From NCBI GenBank assembly GCA_045546975.1, contig JAZQDV010000013.1, positions 58,013-122,012 on the forward strand: a stretch of DNA of 64,000 bases, given 5' to 3'. The notes beneath the pieces were generated by a model. The model was given only the letters and a program-made list of their open reading frames with translations. It made no database searches and was not told the DNA's origin. How positions within the stretch are numbered: the first letter of the stretch is position 1; each line of letters opens with the position of its first letter. This DNA is from Eubacteriales bacterium. Its GTDB lineage: Bacteria > Bacillota > Clostridia > Oscillospirales > JAAYXM01. The position numbers and the translations under genes were made by a program. Below, in pieces: positions 39,499-52,298 of this stretch.

Positions 39499-39633
39499 TT
39501 AGTGTGTGAGCCTGTTTCTGCCCTTTGCACGACGAGCTGACAAGACCTTGCGACCGTTACGTGTAGCCATTCTCTTGCGGAAGCCGTGTACCTTTGAGCG
39601 ATGAAGCTTCTTCGGCTGATAAGTACGTACCAT
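39499..39633 (-). CDS. rpmH: 50S ribosomal protein L34
   Basis: 44 aa, [44 protein letters not shown]. The start follows GGAGGTG. Confidence 0.95.
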   Translation of the reverse strand: MVRTYQPKKLHRSKVHGFRKRMATRNGRKVLSARRAKGRNRLTH

Positions 39634-39936
39634 TGTTTTACACCTCCGATTAAAAATTTTAAGCAAGAAGAATACTCTCCTGCACCCTTTCGACATAGCG
39701 TCAACGAATATTATATGATACACTGTGGCAATATGTCAACACTTTTTTCTTAATCTGCACAAAAAAAGTTGTCAAAAAGTTGTCAAAACCAAAAATACTT
39801 TTTGTGGTATACTATGTATCGGTCAGGTAGAAAAGCAGTGTTGTATTATATAAATAATATATGTAAAAATTATTTACTTTTATTGCCTTTTCTGCTATAA
39901 TAAAATCAGTATAAATAAAGTGGGGGATTTTTATCT
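39634..39936. promoter_or_regulatory. rpmH-dnaA intergenic region: dnaA promoter with only degenerate DnaA-box-like sites
   Basis: It contains tgtggcaat, tgtggtata and a tandem agttgtcaaaa agttgtcaaaa, each about 6/9 to TTATCCACA, with an AT-rich stretch before dnaA. Confidence 0.5.
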
Positions 39937-41244
39937 ATGAACAACGCCGCTGATATCTGGAGGATAGCCTACAGGGTCCTTCAGGACGAGCTTAATATAC
40001 TCAGCACAACGCTTGAAACGTGGTTTGAGGACATAAGAGCCGCGAAGTTTGAAAACAACACGCTTACTCTTGTCACCCCTTTCCCGTTCAAGAAAAGCGT
40101 GCTTATGGAGCACCATCAGAAAACAATAAAAGAAGCGCTTTTCCGCGTCTTTTCAAAGGAAGTTGACTTTGAGCTTTTAACTGAAGAGGAATACGAAGGA
40201 AAAATCGCACCTATTATCCCCGATTTTTCAAACTACGATGAGTATTCCTTTGAAAAGTTCGTTGTCGGTGCATCAAACAAGTTTGCACATGCCGCGGCAA
40301 AGGCAGTTGCAAACGCTCCCGCCTCTTCCTATAACCCCCTTCTCATCCACGGCGGAAGCGGTCTTGGAAAAACGCATCTTCTCTACGCCATTGCAGGCAC
40401 GATAAAAAAGAACAACCCGAAGGCAAAAATAACATACATAAAGAGCGAGGACTTCACAAACGAGCTTATCGACGCACTTCAGGCAAGAACTCTCCCCGAG
40501 TTTCGCGAGAAGTACAGGAATTCAGACATCCTTCTTGTTGACGATATTCAGTTCATCGCAGGAAAGGACAGTACTCAGGAGGAGTTCTTCCATACCTTCA
40601 ACGCACTTTATGAATCACACAAGCAGATTGTTATGACCTCCGACCGTCCGCCAAAGGAAATGGCAAAGCTTGAGGAACGCCTTAAAACGAGATTTGAATG
40701 GGGTCTTTTGGCTGACATCGAGCCACCTGATTTTGAAACGAGAATGGCGATTATAAGCCTTAAAGCAAACCTCATAGGCCTTGAGCTTACAACTGAACAA
40801 AAAGAGCTCATTGCAAATAACGTTACTGCAAACGTAAGACAGCTTGAGGGTGCCGTACACAAGCTTCTTGCATATCGGGACCTTCTCGCAGATGTCGACG
40901 GTATGCAGGCAGCAGAACGTGCTATCCGCGACATCTTTGCAGAAAACCCGTGGATTAACCCAACACCCGAATTTATTATCCGCGCTGTTGCAAAATATTT
41001 TGAGCTTGAATATGAGGACATCATCGGCAAAGACCGTTCACAGAAGATGGTCGAGCCGAGAAAGGTCGCAATGTATATGGTAAGAAACATGACCAATGAA
41101 TCTTACCCGAAGATGGGTAAAATCTTCAACCGCGACCATACGACCATCAAGTATTCCGTAGATACCCTCGAAGAGCTTATGAAAACCGACAGCGCAATCA
41201 AGGCTCAGATAAAGGAAGTCAAGGAGTCAATTTTAACCCCGTAA
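39937..41244 (+). CDS. dnaA: Chromosomal replication initiator protein DnaA
   Basis: 435 aa with AAA+ Walker A GGSGLGKTHL, the sensor region and the C-terminal DNA-binding signature (FNRDHTTIKYS). Confidence 0.95.
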   Translation: MNNAADIWRIAYRVLQDELNILSTTLETWFEDIRAAKFENNTLTLVTPFPFKKSVLMEHHQKTIKEALFRVFSKEVDFELLTEEEYEGKIAPIIPDFSNYDEYSFEKFVVGASNKFAHAAAKAVANAPASSYNPLLIHGGSGLGKTHLLYAIAGTIKKNNPKAKITYIKSEDFTNELIDALQARTLPEFREKYRNSDILLVDDIQFIAGKDSTQEEFFHTFNALYESHKQIVMTSDRPPKEMAKLEERLKTRFEWGLLADIEPPDFETRMAIISLKANLIGLELTTEQKELIANNVTANVRQLEGAVHKLLAYRDLLADVDGMQAAERAIRDIFAENPWINPTPEFIIRAVAKYFELEYEDIIGKDRSQKMVEPRKVAMYMVRNMTNESYPKMGKIFNRDHTTIKYSVDTLEELMKTDSAIKAQIKEVKESILTP

Positions 41245-41484
41245 TAAACAGTTTCCCTGTGGATTCCCTTTTGATAACCTGTTGATAAAACTTATCCACA
41301 GAAAAAGGCGATATTTATCAACACAAATCAAAAGCTGTCTGTGGACGGGCAAAAACGCACCACTAAGGCAAAAAACAGGGATATCCAAAGATTCCACAGC
41401 CTATAATACTAATACTAAAATATATATTATATTCTTTTATAATAAAAATTATTCATTAAAATATTATCAATTAAGAAAGAAGCG
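41245..41484. promoter_or_regulatory. oriC core: DnaA-box cluster plus AT-rich unwinding element
   Basis: There is a perfect TTATCCACA at 41292-41300. 8/9 boxes lie at 41280-41288 (tgttgataa) and 41315-41323 (ttatcaaca). 7/9 boxes lie at 41258-41266 and 41269-41277. A run of about 80 nt, nearly all A/T, follows at 41401-41480. Confidence 0.8.
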
Positions 41485-42606
41485 GTGATTATTTTGAAAT
41501 TCGTTTGCGAAAAATCAGTTTTACTTACAGCTATCACAAGAACATCCTGGGCAGTTGCTTCAAAAAGCTCTGTTCCCGTAATGGAAGGTCTCTTAATCGA
41601 CTGCTCATACGATGAGCTTTCCCTTACAGGCTATGACCTTTCAACCGGAATTAAAGTAACTGTTCCGGCCGATGTTCAGGAGCCCGGAAAAATTGTTATA
41701 AACGCAAAGATTCTCTCTGATATTATCCGTCTTTTGCCGGATGAACCGATTACCTTCTCAACAGATGAGAATATGTTTGCAACAGTAGTGTGCAAGAATG
41801 TACGTCACGAGGTTCTCTGTCTTTCTGCAAAGGACTTCCCCGCTCTTCCGGATATTGAGAAAAAGTACTATATTTCTCTTGCCCAGAGCGACCTTAAAAA
41901 GATGATTTCACAGACTATCTTCGCTATCAGCGGAGATGTTTCAAAGCCGGTGCTTACAGGTTCTCTCTTTGATGTTGAGAAAGATAAGCTCATGGTTGTC
42001 TCTGTTGACGGTGTTCGTCTTTCTTATCGCTCAGCAACTATTGAAAATGAGAGCGAAGAGGAAAAGTTCAGCTTTGTTGTTCCGGGCTCAACTCTCAAAG
42101 AGGTTGAAAAGCTTTGTGCAGAATCTGATGAAGAGGTTTCAATCTGCGTCGGCAAAAAGCATATCATCTTTACTCTTGGCGGCTCAATGATTATTTCAAG
42201 AATACTTGACGGTGACTTCTTGAATTACAAGAACGCAGTTCCGAAAGCAAGCGCATTCAAGGTACGCGTAAACCGCCGCGACCTTATAACCGCAATTGAG
42301 CGCGTTTCAATACTCATCAGCGAGAGAATAAACGACCCGATCCACCTTAATTTTGAAGAAAAGACACTTTTCATAAGCTCACGTACCTCGCTCGGCTCAT
42401 CAAAGGACGAATGTGCGCTTCTTAACCCGGCAGAAAAGCTTCGCATAGGCTTTAACCACAGATATATTCTCGATGCACTCCGCGCATGCCCGAACGACGA
42501 GGTTGAGCTTGAACTCAATACACACGTTTCTCCTATTATAATTACTCCGCCTGACAGCGATGAGTATTTGCATCTTGTACTCCCCGTACGACTTAAAGAA
42601 AATTGA
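41485..42606 (+). CDS. dnaN: DNA polymerase III beta sliding clamp
   Basis: About 370 aa with three-domain clamp length and synteny. The start is either GTG 41485 or TTG 41494 (MKFVCEK...). Confidence 0.9.
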   Translation: MIILKFVCEKSVLLTAITRTSWAVASKSSVPVMEGLLIDCSYDELSLTGYDLSTGIKVTVPADVQEPGKIVINAKILSDIIRLLPDEPITFSTDENMFATVVCKNVRHEVLCLSAKDFPALPDIEKKYYISLAQSDLKKMISQTIFAISGDVSKPVLTGSLFDVEKDKLMVVSVDGVRLSYRSATIENESEEEKFSFVVPGSTLKEVEKLCAESDEEVSICVGKKHIIFTLGGSMIISRILDGDFLNYKNAVPKASAFKVRVNRRDLITAIERVSILISERINDPIHLNFEEKTLFISSRTSLGSSKDECALLNPAEKLRIGFNHRYILDALRACPNDEVELELNTHVSPIIITPPDSDEYLHLVLPVRLKEN

Positions 42607-42609
42607 TTT

Positions 42610-43725
42610 ATGCTACTTAAAAACTTATACCTTGAAAACTTTCGTAACTACGAAAGAGAAGAGCTTTCATTTTCAGAGACTCAGAATCTTATCTTCGGCG
42701 AGAATGCGCAGGGAAAGACGAATTTGCTCGAGGCGGTTTTCTATCTCTCGTGCCTTAAGACCTTTCGCAGCCAAAAGGATTTCAGCGCCGTAAGAAGCGG
42801 ATTTTCCGAGGCAAGGATAAAGGGCGATTTTATCGCCTATGGCCGTGATATTTCCGTTTCTTGTACCATTCGGGACGGTGCGCGTGAGCTTTTTGTCAAC
42901 GGAATCCCAGAAAAGAGACCGTCAGACCATATAGGGCTTATAAAAACCGTTGTTTTCTCGCCCGATGACCTTCGTCTTATAAAAGAAGGTCCGGCTCTCA
43001 GGAGAAGATTTCTCAATATCGCAATCTCACAGATGCGCCCGTCTTACATAAAGGCACTTGCTGAGCATAACAAGATTATCGAAAGCAAGAGAAAAATTCT
43101 GAAAATGACAGAGGACAGAGAAAAATATATAGACTATCTCGACATACTCAACGAAAAACTCGCAGGAGTTTACGCACAGATCATCTATGAGCGCGGAAAA
43201 TTCTTAAAAGAGGCAAAAGAGATAGTAAAGAGAGTCGGGCTTGAGATTTCCGGAAAAAGTGAGGAAATTACGCTTTCTTACATCCACGCAAGCTCAATTT
43301 CCGATACCTCTGATATTGATGGCAACAAAAAAAAGCTTATTGAACACCTTAACGCAAGAAAAACGGCAGAGCTTGCCTCATTCTCCTGCCTTATAGGTGC
43401 CCACCGCGATGACCTTGAGGTTTATATAAACGGAAATCTCGCGCGGGACTTTGCATCGCAAGGGCAGATTCGTTCCTGCGTGCTTGCCTTGAAGGTCTCA
43501 GAGCACGAGATTTACGAAAAGGATTCGGAAGAAAAACCCATTCTTCTTCTCGACGATGTTTTAAGTGAGCTTGATGTAAAGCGGCGTTCGTTTTTAATCA
43601 ACGACGTAAACCGCGGTCAGACAATTATTACGGGTTGTGACCCGTCGATGTTCTCCGAGCTTCTGCACGGTAAAATTTTTACCGTACAAAACGGAAGAAT
43701 AAGCGATGAAAATACAAAGCAGTGA
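42610..43725 (+). CDS. recF: DNA replication/repair protein RecF
   Basis: 371 aa with Walker A GENAQGKTN, the SMC-like signature SQGQIRS and Walker B LLLDDVLSELD. Confidence 0.9.
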   Translation: MLLKNLYLENFRNYEREELSFSETQNLIFGENAQGKTNLLEAVFYLSCLKTFRSQKDFSAVRSGFSEARIKGDFIAYGRDISVSCTIRDGARELFVNGIPEKRPSDHIGLIKTVVFSPDDLRLIKEGPALRRRFLNIAISQMRPSYIKALAEHNKIIESKRKILKMTEDREKYIDYLDILNEKLAGVYAQIIYERGKFLKEAKEIVKRVGLEISGKSEEITLSYIHASSISDTSDIDGNKKKLIEHLNARKTAELASFSCLIGAHRDDLEVYINGNLARDFASQGQIRSCVLALKVSEHEIYEKDSEEKPILLLDDVLSELDVKRRSFLINDVNRGQTIITGCDPSMFSELLHGKIFTVQNGRISDENTKQ

Positions 43726-43734
43726 GGAAGTTTT

Positions 43735-43995
43735 ATGTTTCTTCATATAGGAAGAGGACACCTTCTCCGAAAGGACGATATAATCGGTATTTTTGACCTT
43801 GAAATCACAACGCAGTCAAAAAGAACGAAGGCGTATCTTGCAAAAAAGGAAAAAGAAAAAAGGGTTGTAAATGTATGTGACGATATCCCACGTTCGTTCA
43901 TTGTTTCGACAGAGGACGGAGCGGAAGAGGTTTTCATTTCGCAGATTTCGCCGCAGACGCTTAAGGCCCGAAGCGAGGAACTTATACAAGATTAA
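43735..43995 (+). CDS. DUF370 (RemB/YaaB-like) protein
   Basis: 86 aa in the conserved position between recF and gyrB. MFLHIGRGHLLRKDDIIGIFD resembles DUF370. Confidence 0.7.
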   Translation: MFLHIGRGHLLRKDDIIGIFDLEITTQSKRTKAYLAKKEKEKRVVNVCDDIPRSFIVSTEDGAEEVFISQISPQTLKARSEELIQD

Positions 43996-44036
43996 ATTTG
44001 ATAATTGATATAACCCTAAAGAAAGTAGAGGATTAG

Positions 44037-45950
<1,914 letters not shown>

Positions 45951-45961
45951 GGGAAAGCAAA

Positions 45962-48457
45962 ATGGCTAACAAGAACGAAAAACCGTTAAATCACCTTGAA
46001 ATTGAAAAGGTTATAGATGTTGAACTCAACACTGAGATGAAGCGCGCCTATATCGACTATTCAATGTCGGTTATCGTAGGTCGTGCGCTTCCCGACGTGC
46101 GCGACGGCTTAAAGCCTGTTCACCGCCGTATTCTCTATACAATGTATGAGGACGGTCTCACTCCCGATAAGGCTTACCGTAAGAGCGCAACGACCGTCGG
46201 TGACGTGCTCGGTCGCTACCATCCGCACGGCGATACGTCGGTTTATGATGCGATGGTACGTATGGCGCAGTCGTTCTCTCTCCGCTACCCGATGGTAGAG
46301 GGTCAGGGTAACTTCGGCTCGGTGGACGGTGACCCTGCTGCTGCCTACCGTTATACAGAGGCGCGCCTTTCAAAAATCGCACTTGAGATGCTTGCAGATA
46401 TTGATAAGGAAACAGTTGACTTTGTTCCGAACTTTGACGGTTACCACCAGGAGCCGTCCGTTCTCCCGTCAAGAATCCCGTCACTTCTCATAAACGGAAG
46501 TAACGGTATCGCGGTTGGTATGACGACAAACATCCCGCCGCACAACCTCGGAGAAGTTATTGACGCTACAATCGAGGTTATAGATAACCCCGAGGCAACT
46601 CTTGCCGACCTTATGGAGCATATAAAGGGTCCGGATTTTCCCACCGCAGGTATCATTATGGGTCTTGCGGGAATCCGCGCCGCTTACGCAACGGGTAAGG
46701 GACACCTCAAGGTCCGCGCAAAGACGGAGATTGAGGAGTTTGACAACGGCAGATACAGAATTGTCGCAACAGAGCTTCCGTATATGGTCAATAAAGCACG
46801 TCTTATCGAGCATATTGCAGAGCTTGTAAAGAATAAAACTATCGAGGGCATTTCAAATATCCAGGACGAGAGCAGCCGTGAGGGTATGCGCGTAGTTATT
46901 GAGCTTTCCAGGAGCGCAAACCCGCAGGTTATCTTAAACCTTCTCTTCAAACACACACAGATGCAGTCAACCTTTGGCGTAATTTTACTTGCGCTTGTTG
47001 ACAATAAACCGAAAACACTTTCACTTCGCGATATTCTTGACCAGTATATTGCGTTCCAGAAGGACGTTATCAGAAGAAGAACAGCCTTTGAGCTCAAAAA
47101 AGCAGAGGCAAGGGCACACCTTCTCGAAGGTCTCCGAATCGCGCTTGACCACATCGACGAGATTATAAAGATTATCCGCGAAAGCTACGACGATGCAAAG
47201 ACACGCCTTATGGACCGCTTCGGCATGAGCGATGTTCAGGCTCAGGCGGTACTTGATATGCGCCTTGCAAGGCTTCAGGGCCTTGAGCGCGAGAAGATTG
47301 ACGCGGAATACGACGAGCTTATGAAGAAGATTGCCTACTGCAAGGAAGTGCTCGAGTCTGACACCCTTGTTGCAGGAATCCTTAAGGATGAGCTTCTTGC
47401 AATCCGCGAAAAGTACGGCGACGCACGTCGTACCGAGATAGTTCCCGTTGATGACGAAATCGACATTGAGGACTTAATCCCCGTTGAGGACTGTGCATAC
47501 ACGCTCACTCACCGCGGATACATAAAGCGTATGCCGATTTCCACATACCGCTCACAGAACCGCGGCGGCCGTGGTGTTTCTGCGATGAAGCAGAAGGAAG
47601 AAGACTTTGTTGAAACGATGTTCACAGCCTCAAGCCACGACTTCATCCTCTTCTTCACAACACGCGGAAGAATGTACCGCATGAAGGGCTATCAGGTGCC
47701 TGAGAGTAGCCGCACGGCAGTCGGAATGAACATTGTAAACCTCATCGCGTTTGAGCCTGACGAAAAAGTCACCGCGATGCTCGACATTAAGGAATTTGAC
47801 GATGAGCACTTCCTCGTTATGGCGACAAAGAACGGCGTTGTCAAGAGAATAGCTCTGTCCCGAGTTGACTCAACCCGCCGCGCAGGTGTCCGCGCTATCG
47901 GTCTTGATGACGATGATGAGCTTATTTCCGTAATGCTCACCCGTGAGGACAGCGAGATTATGCTTGCAACGCGTGAGGGTATGGCGATTAAGTTTAAGGC
48001 CTCCGACATCCGCGCAACAGGCAGAGAAGCAGGCGGTGTCTACGGTATCGACCTTAAAGACGGCGACTATGTAATAGGTGCGGCAAAGGTAACTGAGGGC
48101 AAGGACATCCTCACCGTTACGGAAAAGGGCTTCGGTAAGCGTACCGCAACTGACGATTACCGTCTCCAGAGCCGCTACGGTAAGGGTATAATGAATTACA
48201 GCATAAGCGAAAAGACAGGAAAAATCGCAAGTGTAATAATGGTAGACGATTCTGAAGATGCTATGATTATCTCAAACGACGGTATAATCATAAGACTTCC
48301 CGCACGCGATGTAAACTGCATCGGCCGTGTAACAAAGGGCGTTAAGCTCATGCGCATCGGCGACGGTGTAAGTGTAATCTCCGTAGCTGCAGCTCCGCAC
48401 GAGGAAGAGGAAGAAGCGACAGAGTCAACACCTGAAACTACCGAAAACGCAGAATAA
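45962..48457 (+). CDS. gyrA: DNA gyrase subunit A
   Basis: 831 aa with the catalytic region [10 protein letters not shown], the [14 protein letters not shown], beta-pinwheel repeats and an acidic tail. Confidence 0.97.
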   Translation: MANKNEKPLNHLEIEKVIDVELNTEMKRAYIDYSMSVIVGRALPDVRDGLKPVHRRILYTMYEDGLTPDKAYRKSATTVGDVLGRYHPHGDTSVYDAMVRMAQSFSLRYPMVEGQGNFGSVDGDPAAAYRYTEARLSKIALEMLADIDKETVDFVPNFDGYHQEPSVLPSRIPSLLINGSNGIAVGMTTNIPPHNLGEVIDATIEVIDNPEATLADLMEHIKGPDFPTAGIIMGLAGIRAAYATGKGHLKVRAKTEIEEFDNGRYRIVATELPYMVNKARLIEHIAELVKNKTIEGISNIQDESSREGMRVVIELSRSANPQVILNLLFKHTQMQSTFGVILLALVDNKPKTLSLRDILDQYIAFQKDVIRRRTAFELKKAEARAHLLEGLRIALDHIDEIIKIIRESYDDAKTRLMDRFGMSDVQAQAVLDMRLARLQGLEREKIDAEYDELMKKIAYCKEVLESDTLVAGILKDELLAIREKYGDARRTEIVPVDDEIDIEDLIPVEDCAYTLTHRGYIKRMPISTYRSQNRGGRGVSAMKQKEEDFVETMFTASSHDFILFFTTRGRMYRMKGYQVPESSRTAVGMNIVNLIAFEPDEKVTAMLDIKEFDDEHFLVMATKNGVVKRIALSRVDSTRRAGVRAIGLDDDDELISVMLTREDSEIMLATREGMAIKFKASDIRATGREAGGVYGIDLKDGDYVIGAAKVTEGKDILTVTEKGFGKRTATDDYRLQSRYGKGIMNYSISEKTGKIASVIMVDDSEDAMIISNDGIIIRLPARDVNCIGRVTKGVKLMRIGDGVSVISVAAAPHEEEEEATESTPETTENAE

Positions 48458-48481
48458 AACCGCTACCCAGAGGACGAAGTT

Positions 48482-48922
48482 ATGAAAGAAGTCACAATCT
48501 ATACCGACGGTGCCTGCTCCGGAAACCCCGGTCCGGGTGGGTGGGGTGCGATTTTAGAGTACCGCGGCACGTCAAAGGAAATTTCGGGCGGTGAGAAGAA
48601 CACCACAAACAACCGTATGGAGCTTACAGGCGTTATTTCCGCGCTCTCGGCACTTCGTGAGCCGTGCAGAGTTACGCTCTATACCGACAGTCGATATGTA
48701 GTTGACGGAATAGAGAAGGGCTGGGCGGAAAAGTGGCGCGAAAACGGCTGGATGCGAAATAAAAAGGATAAGGCGCTTAACCCTGAGCTTTGGGAAGAGC
48801 TTTTAGAGCTTACCAAGAAGCACGAGGTCACCTTTGTCTGGGTAAAGGGACACGCAGAAAACGAAAAAAATAACCGATGTGACGAACTTGCGGTTATAAA
48901 AGCAAAGGAATACACAGAATAA
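48482..48922 (+). CDS. rnhA: Ribonuclease HI
   Basis: 146 aa with [17 protein letters not shown]...TNNRMEL...DSRYV...[17 protein letters not shown]. Confidence 0.9.
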   Translation: MKEVTIYTDGACSGNPGPGGWGAILEYRGTSKEISGGEKNTTNNRMELTGVISALSALREPCRVTLYTDSRYVVDGIEKGWAEKWRENGWMRNKKDKALNPELWEELLELTKKHEVTFVWVKGHAENEKNNRCDELAVIKAKEYTE

Positions 48923-48954
48923 GCCAAGAGTCTTATTAACCACAGGAGATGAAA

Positions 48955-50130
48955 ATGGATATGATATATGCGGACAACTCCGCTACAACAAAGGTAAAGG
49001 CGGAAGTTTTAGAAAAAATGCTCCCGTTTTTTGAGAAGCAGTACGGAAACCCGTCAAGCCTTTACGGTTTTGCATACGCTTCAAAGCGTGCAGTAGAAGA
49101 GGCACGTGAGAAGGTTGCACACGTTATCGGCGCAAAGAGTCGCGAAATATTCTTCACAAGCTGCGGAAGTGAGTCTGACAACTGGGCACTTCGCGGCGTT
49201 GCATCAAAGTTCGGGAGCGGACATATAATTACTTCCGCAATCGAGCACCCTGCAATTATGAGTACCTGCCGCTACCTTGAAAAGAAGGGCTTTCGCATTA
49301 CCTACCTTCCCGTATCCGAGCTTGGCGAGGTAAGTGTGAAGGATCTGGAAGAGGCTATCTGCGACGATACAATCCTTATATCAATAATGACGGCAAACAA
49401 CGAGATAGGCACAATCCAGCCTATTGCGGAAATAGGAAAGATAGCTCACGAAAAAAAGATTCTCTTCCATACCGATGCTGTTCAGGCATACGGCCATATC
49501 CCGATAAATGTAGACGAGATGAACATTGACCTGCTCTCACTCTCGGGCCACAAAATCGGCGCACCGAAGGGTGTCGGCGCACTGTATGTGAGAACGGGAA
49601 TAAAGCTTGACAGTTTAATCTGCGGCGGCGGTCAGGAAAGAGGCAGACGTGCGGGAACTGAAAACGTACCGTATATCGTGGGTCTTGGCGAGGCGGCAGA
49701 GATTGCCGAGCGCGAGATGGAAGAAAACATCAAAAAGCTCACCGGTATGCGCGACAGACTCATTGAGCGCGTATTAAAGCTTCCCTACACACGTCTTACA
49801 GGGCACCCTGAAAAGAGGCTTCCCGGTCTTTGCAGTATAGTTGTTGAGGGAATTGAGGGCGAGGCATTGCTTCTCAATATGTATAACGAAGGCGTATGCG
49901 CAAGCTCAGGCTCTGCTTGCTCGTCAGGCTCGCTTGACCCGTCGCACGTGCTTTTAGCCATCGGACTTCCCCACCATATTGCCCACGGCTCGCTCCGTCT
50001 TTCTCTTGGTGACGGAAACGAGGTAGGAGAAGAAATCAAGATTGCCGAGGCGGTAGAGCGCGTTGTAGAAAAGCTTCGTGCAATGTCACCCGTCTGGGAA
50101 AACGGAAAACCTGTCTGGGAGGATATGTAA
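48955..50130 (+). CDS. nifS: Cysteine desulfurase NifS
   Basis: A class V aminotransferase with the PLP lysine region LSGHKIGAPKG and the active-site SSGSACSSG. The second ATG (48955) has the best spacing from AGGAG; 48949 and 48961 are alternatives. Confidence 0.85.
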   Translation: MDMIYADNSATTKVKAEVLEKMLPFFEKQYGNPSSLYGFAYASKRAVEEAREKVAHVIGAKSREIFFTSCGSESDNWALRGVASKFGSGHIITSAIEHPAIMSTCRYLEKKGFRITYLPVSELGEVSVKDLEEAICDDTILISIMTANNEIGTIQPIAEIGKIAHEKKILFHTDAVQAYGHIPINVDEMNIDLLSLSGHKIGAPKGVGALYVRTGIKLDSLICGGGQERGRRAGTENVPYIVGLGEAAEIAEREMEENIKKLTGMRDRLIERVLKLPYTRLTGHPEKRLPGLCSIVVEGIEGEALLLNMYNEGVCASSGSACSSGSLDPSHVLLAIGLPHHIAHGSLRLSLGDGNEVGEEIKIAEAVERVVEKLRAMSPVWENGKPVWEDM

Positions 50131-50131
50131 T

Positions 50132-50569
50132 ATGTATAGCGAAAAAGTATTGGACCATTTTTCAAACCCGAGAAACGTCGGCGACCTTGCGGATGCAAAT
50201 GCAGTAGGACAGGTCGGAAACTCCAAGTGCGGAGATATAATGAAGATTTATATGAAGATAGAAAACGACATTATTGTTGACGTGTCGTTCAAGACCTTCG
50301 GTTGCGGTGCCGCAGTTGCAACATCGTCAATGGCAACGGAGATGGTAAAGGGAAAGTCAATTGCTGAGGCGCTCACGCTCACAAATCGCGCAGTTACCGA
50401 GGCGCTTGACGGACTTCCGCCCGAAAAGCTTCACTGCTCCGTTCTTGCCGAGGAGGCTATCCAGGCAGCTCTTGCAGATTACTACAGAAGACAGGGCAAG
50501 AATCCTGCCGACTATGGAATCAAAGAGGGCTGTGACCACAACTGCGAGCATTGCAGTGTTCATAAATAA
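50132..50569 (+). CDS. nifU: Fe-S cluster assembly scaffold NifU/IscU-like
   Basis: The start is MYSEKVLDHFSNPRNVG. The conserved cysteines sit in GNSKCGD, FGCGAA and LHCSVL. Confidence 0.85.
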   Translation: MYSEKVLDHFSNPRNVGDLADANAVGQVGNSKCGDIMKIYMKIENDIIVDVSFKTFGCGAAVATSSMATEMVKGKSIAEALTLTNRAVTEALDGLPPEKLHCSVLAEEAIQAALADYYRRQGKNPADYGIKEGCDHNCEHCSVHK

Positions 50570-50653
50570 GAGGAAAAGCAGGTATGAAGTAGAAGGGCGC
50601 TGCTATATAAAAGAAACTACCAAACAAGGAAATGAAGGAGGAAATTTTCTTAT

Positions 50654-50770
50654 TTCCCTGCCGGGGGCCTACTTTGTGAGACAAAGTAGCAAAACGCGGG
50701 GGATTTCGATTTCCCCCGCACCCCTTGAAACGACTGGTGGCTACCGCCCCCAGTCCCCTCACACTTCTGC
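50654..50770 (+). repeat. Interspersed structured intergenic repeat, copy C (module 1, full length)
   Basis: It matches 15113-15176 directly and 28308-28415 in reverse complement. Internal hairpins are ctactttgt/acaaagtag and gcggggga/tcccccgc. Confidence 0.85.
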
Positions 50771-50840
50771 ACTTTTAACTCTATATGTGGAATTCAAAAA
50801 AGTTAAAGACCGTGGCAAAAGCCACGGTCTTATTGTTACT

Positions 50841-52199
50841 TTATTCTTCTGTGCTCAAGTGTATCTTCTTCATCGTTTTTCCGAGGAAGATAAGGCAGAG
50901 GATGAGCGACGCAAGCTCAGCTATCGGGAACGCGAGCCAGACGAGGTTAAGAACTCCCGTCTTTGAGAGTAACCATGCCGCAGGAATAAGCACGAGCAAC
51001 TGACGGCATATTGAGATAAAGAGTGAGTGCATCGGGTTTCCTATCGCCTGGCAGACGGAGTTTACTATTATACAGAAGCCCGCAATGACAAAGTGCGAGG
51101 CGATAATGCGAAGTGCGGGGACACCAATTTTGAGCATATTTTCCGACGCATTGAAAAATCCGAGAAGGGTTTTTGGCATAAACTCAAAGAGAAGAGTTCC
51201 GACCGCCATAATCGAAACGGCTGAAATAATCGAGAGCTTAATAGTCTTTTTTATGCGGTCGGGGCGTTTTGCGCCGTGGTTATATGAGATAATCGGAACC
51301 ATTCCGTTGTTAAGACCGAATATCGGCATAAATATGAAGCTCTGGAGCTTGAAGTACGCACCAAAAACTGCAGTTGCGGTTGTTGTAAACCCGATGAGTA
51401 TGCTGTTGAGGCAGGTGTTCATTACCGAGCCGACCGACTGCATAAGAATCGACGGGAAGCCGATCTTGTATATTCTTCTTGCTATCTCGGTGTCCCAGCG
51501 AAGCTTCTTTATTGAGATATGAATCTCGCGGTTTACGGTGATGTTGAGGATAAGACCGACAATCGCCGCAACTATCTGGCCGACAACCGTTGCGATAGCC
51601 GCGCCTGCAACCTCGAGTCTCGGGAATCCGAAGAGACCGAAGATGAGGATGGGGTCTAAAACTATGTTTATAACAGCACCGATAAGCTGGGTTATCATTG
51701 AAAGCGTAGTCTTTCCCGTTGCCTGCAAAAGTCTCTCAAAGCAGAACTGCGAGAAAATACCGAAAGAGAAGATGAGGCAGATGCTTGCATAATCCACGCC
51801 GTATTTTACAATCTCCGCATCCTTTGTCATAAACTCAAAGAACGGACGTGTGAAGAAGAAACCGATAAGAGCACAGAGGATTGCCGATAAAATGTGCAGG
51901 AAAATGCCTGTGTTTGCCGAACGGTCTGCCATTTCACGATTCTTTTCACCGAGGGAGTATGACAAAATCGCGTTCATACCGAGTGCCGTACCGCCACCAA
52001 GCGCAATCATTATGTTCTGAAGCGGAAAAGCAAGAGAAACCGCGCTAAGAGCATTCTCAGAGATTTGTGCAACGAAGATACTGTCAACAACGTTATAAAA
52101 CGCCTGAACAAGCATTGATATCATCATGGGTATTGCCATGCCGGCGAGAAGTCGGCCTATCGGCGCCGTACCCATTTTATTTTCGTTTAAGTTTTCCAT
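50841..52199 (-). CDS. MATE family efflux transporter
   Basis: 452 aa with 12 TM segments and a typical MATE N-terminus (PIGRLLAGMAIPMMISMLVQAFYNVVDSIFV). Confidence 0.85.
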   Translation of the reverse strand: MENLNENKMGTAPIGRLLAGMAIPMMISMLVQAFYNVVDSIFVAQISENALSAVSLAFPLQNIMIALGGGTALGMNAILSYSLGEKNREMADRSANTGIFLHILSAILCALIGFFFTRPFFEFMTKDAEIVKYGVDYASICLIFSFGIFSQFCFERLLQATGKTTLSMITQLIGAVINIVLDPILIFGLFGFPRLEVAGAAIATVVGQIVAAIVGLILNITVNREIHISIKKLRWDTEIARRIYKIGFPSILMQSVGSVMNTCLNSILIGFTTTATAVFGAYFKLQSFIFMPIFGLNNGMVPIISYNHGAKRPDRIKKTIKLSIISAVSIMAVGTLLFEFMPKTLLGFFNASENMLKIGVPALRIIASHFVIAGFCIIVNSVCQAIGNPMHSLFISICRQLLVLIPAAWLLSKTGVLNLVWLAFPIAELASLILCLIFLGKTMKKIHLSTEE

Positions 52200-52298
52200 A
52201 TGTAAATCCTTTCAAGATAAAATAGCAACCTGTACATTATATACCATTTTATATATAAGGTCAAGAAAACAAGCGGTGAATTTCACCGCTTGTTTCGT

